This document shows, piece by piece, positions 60,501-64,000 of a stretch of 64,000 nucleotides of DNA. The translations under genes were made by a program, and so were the position numbers. Below the pieces are notes generated by a model that saw only the letters and a program-made list of their open reading frames with translations, was not told the DNA's origin and searched no databases. Where the stretch lies: positions 62,001-126,000 of the forward strand of contig MU619296.1 of NCBI GenBank assembly GCA_025201805.1. Direction: 5' to 3'. Positions within the stretch are counted from its first letter, which is position 1, and the number at the start of each line of letters is the position of its first letter. This DNA is from Parasitella parasitica NRRL 2501. Its lineage: Eukaryota; Fungi; Mucoromycota.

Positions 60501-63477
60501 TGCGATTTGTCAAGATGGCCGAAGACTGTCTTATTAGCGCTGTGGTTCTCAAAGAAGCCAACATCATGGCCAAGGAGCTGGGCAAAAACGTCGTCTATCA
60601 GTTTATTGTAGTGCACGACGACATCTCGTCAAACCCGCTATCGTTTTGGGAGTCTACATCTGCATTGCAGCCATTCACACGAGAACCTGACACACATTTG
60701 ATTAATGAGGCTAAACCCTGTTTAGCAGTGCAAGTGATTGATCATGTCCACCGCGCTGCGTACATCTGGTCTATCCCCAAGGTCAAACAACGCCTAAGAC
60801 GCATGCGTCGACTATACGACTACTCGGACCGGCCGCTATTCACAGGCCAGCACTTTAACAGAGAAGACCCCTTTTACGAAACACCGTGTCCACGGTTTTC
60901 TCTGATAGGGCTGGCCCGCATTCCTTTGAGGAATTTGACGCTGCAACTGCATGCCGACAATTATGTCGACGTATACTGCAGAAACACGGGCAAAGTCATG
61001 GGCCAGATCCGCGTGCTGATTACACCAATAGCCCGGTCTGTGTCGAGAAAACTTCAACATCATCAGCAGCAGCTCTACGAGGATACGCCGCAGAGACCAA
61101 ACCTGTTTTATCGAAAGAAATCGTCGTCCAGCATCCTGTTGCAGCAAGATCAAAAGCATGTACTGGGCGAAAAGTACCTGCTTCACATTGGGCAGCAGCA
61201 GGTGTTCGAAATACGTATACAAGAGCTCAGAGGTGTTTCAGAAAACAACTTTACCCAAGTCCACGCTCAGTTCAGGCTGTCTTCCTTTGGCAACGTGGAA
61301 CGCTACGCTACTGCTGACAAGATATACCAGACAGATCCCATCAGCAACTTTGGAGCGGACCCGGTTGTCTTTAACCAGTGCCAAACCTTGTCTGTCAATA
61401 TCACCGAAAACATGATGGACGTCATCTTGAATCAAGGGCTTACCGTCGAAGTCTACGGCCAGGCACAGGAAGACTACCTCTATGGGTTAGTAGAACATGT
61501 AAGTAACAGTAGCGGCGCGAATAGTAGAAATGCGTCACCCACGACACCGACATCTGAACAATCTGAATTATTTGCAAAGGCGGTTGCATCTGAAGTAGGC
61601 AACAGTGGCAATGTACCAGCCAGCAGAAGAGTCTCCATCGATAGACGATTTACAGAAGAACAGAGCACATACGACGGCATACTTATGGAAGAGAGACATG
61701 ATGTTTTGGCCTGGATCCAGATCTGCGAGCTGAATTCTGACGGAGAATATGCGCCTGTCAAAGTAATGCATACAGAAGTCAATGACTACCAGCATCACAA
61801 CCACCATGTCAAACACCGCCAAGACGTATTCTGTCTTCGCCAGGGTTTACAGCGACGTCTTGCGTTGACTTTGTCGCACGATTCCGGAAAGAAGTTCGAA
61901 TGGCTAAGCATCACGCAAGCAAAGATCGGCAACATACGGTTAATAGACAGCAAGGGCCGCCTGACAGACTCCCCGCCACATCCTCCCGTTGAAATCCACT
62001 TGTTCCCTGATCAAAGCGAAATCACGTATGAACGAAACGGAACATCCAAGATGACAGCTCAGGGCCCATGGGACAGCTCCCTGCACGATTCGCTATTCTT
62101 GAACCGAGTAACAGCTGCAGGCCAAAGGGTTCGGTTGACATTGTCGTGGCAGATTGAATGCGACAAGTGCGTGGCGCCACTGCAGTTTGAGATGGACATT
62201 TCGGTCCAAATTCAGGCTCGAGATGCGACCATCAGTGCGTCGGCCTCATCATCGTCTGTGTTTAGACAATTCCTGCTGGGTGGAGGAGACTCTGACTCGA
62301 ATGGACGTGTCAGCAAAACTGTGTATAAATCAAGTGGGCTGTTCACGGTGCAGCTGAAGCCACCTATGACTCGACAGGTACGAGAATTATGGCGACTGAA
62401 TACAGCAAACAAATATGTGCGTGGCGAAGAGTTCATCGGTTCCTGGAAGCCCCGTGGTGTCTCGCTTATCACTGACTATCGGGCTGCACGAAAACGCATG
62501 TTGCACCGGGAAAGCGTGGCTGCATTTAGACATTCTTTGGTTTTGGCAGGGCATCCACAAACCAAGGTTATCCAGCGCAGCCAGTCTGACCATGCGCTTA
62601 CGCTCCAATGCCATGGTGCTACTCATATTTCTAAAATCAACGATACTGATATTACACTCGCCAAGAAAAAGACAGAGCCTGAAGCATTGCTCAAGAAGGC
62701 GCTTGAATTATGGAGAACTCAATTTGGAATACGAGAAGAAGTAGGTGTACATTTGAAATGCGTGCTGCACAAAAATATTAACGCCTATAATTAGATTGTG
62801 TTTAGCCAAGATCCACCAAGCATCACGTCCCTGACCGGCTCTTCAAGCACAAACAGCATCAGCAGTGTCAAATCTTTTAGCAAAAAGTACTCAAAGATCA
62901 AGCTAACATCTGACATCCAGCAATTGCATCCTAGGTATGCTTTCTACGTAAGGAATAACGTCCGTTTTCTAACCATTCATTTGCAGCGATACAGTCACCA
63001 AGAAGGGCTATTTGCTACACCCTGAAAACGTGGACGATGCATGGCTAAAGCACTGGTTTGTGCTTCGACGGTAAGATATTGTTCAAAATATGGGTTGGTA
63101 TTAGAAGCGCTGACTGTGTGCAATGTAACACGCATAGTCCGTTTATTATTATTTATCAAGATCAAACTGAATTGGAGGAAATTGGCGTGTTTAATCTATC
63201 CTCTGCCCGGGTAGATTACAAGTCTGATTTGGAAGAAATGCTTCAGGTACGTTCTTGTTTAAAACTACAATGAGGGTTGTTTCCTCTATATTGAATTCTA
63301 AATTGGATTTTAATACCAAATTATTGCCTGCATAAATAGAAAAAATACACGTTTGCGATTTACACCAACAACAATGCCTATTTACTGCAAGCAAGTGATT
63401 TTGAAGACATGAAAGATTGGATTTCAAAGATCGATCAGTTTTATCCTGTAAAGAAACTCGAAAATTTAGCCTCGTAG
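57528..63477 (+). CDS. unc104: Kinesin-3 (Unc104/KIF1-like): motor, FHA, coiled coils, DUF3694-like region, C-terminal PH domain
   Basis: [62 protein letters not shown] (FHA), HLFRFNNP, and PH exons (KKGYL...[10 protein letters not shown]...WISKID). Confidence 0.96.
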
Positions 63478-63545
63478 TTTTTTGTATATATTATTATAAA
63501 GTGTCTGTTATTGTTATTATTACTGTTATTAAGGAGGCCTCTTTA

Positions 63546-63548
<3 letters not shown>

Positions 63549-63618
<70 letters not shown>

Positions 63619-63651
63619 TTTTTTTTTTTTTATTTTTTTTTTTTTTTTTTT
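63549..63651. repeat. Near-perfect poly-T tract (~100 nt) downstream of the kinesin stop
   Basis: Directly visible T run interrupted by two A. Confidence 0.9.
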
Positions 63652-64000
63652 CATTCTGTATATTGAAAATACTCCTATGATGCTGTGTTGAATAAAGCAA
63701 TTTTACCTAATAGCATATTACCTTTTGTTGCTCCTCGTACACGTGAAATTTGTTTCCGAGTAAATTTAGCGAGAGCTCATCTTTTAATGCAGGTATTTCT
63801 TTGGTTTCTCTCTTTTTCCTTTCGTTTATCTCTTTCCCCTTCTCAATTAATTATCACCAAAAACCATGACAGATTATCAATCAAACAATCATGTTCATGG
63901 TTGGCTAAAAGATGTGCCCGGTTACCGGGAAAATTATCGAAACCAGAGAGAGATGATGCAACAAGATGACTCAAAGAACTTCGTGTAAAGTGTATTCCAA

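Noticed and set aside
63417-63700. Poly-Phe and poly-Lys ORFs
   Set aside because: Artefacts of the poly-T tract. The same applies at 33292 and 57048.

Overview
Eukaryotic, AT-rich fungal DNA with short (about 50-90 nt) introns, long poly-A/T tracts and three N gaps. Gene style and families point to Mucorales (inference). I can support about 19 protein-coding genes. Recognisable ones are RAD50, DHH1/DDX6, kinesin-3 (Unc104/KIF1), a secreted multicopper oxidase, a bZIP factor, an F-box/LRR protein, an MCT-type MFS transporter, a Myb/SANT protein, GLTP/HET-C2, a class 3 lipase-like protein and an FGE-sulfatase-domain protein. NEDD8/Rub1 and a PEX39-like protein are absent from the ORF track, and an Integrator subunit INTS13/Asunder homologue appears there only in fragments; all three were assembled by manual splicing. 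The most unusual locus (2186-6661) encodes a polyQ region, an atypical bromodomain, a protein kinase and an AT-hook. Its kinase lacks the beta3 lysine and instead has a WNK-style lysine in the Gly-loop. Other notable items are a likely 2-nt microexon, GC-AG introns, a bacterial-type FGE-domain fusion gene, a Tc1/mariner remnant and a diverged non-coding duplication. No rRNA, tRNA or CRISPR was recognised. All exon structures were deduced by eye and are unverified.
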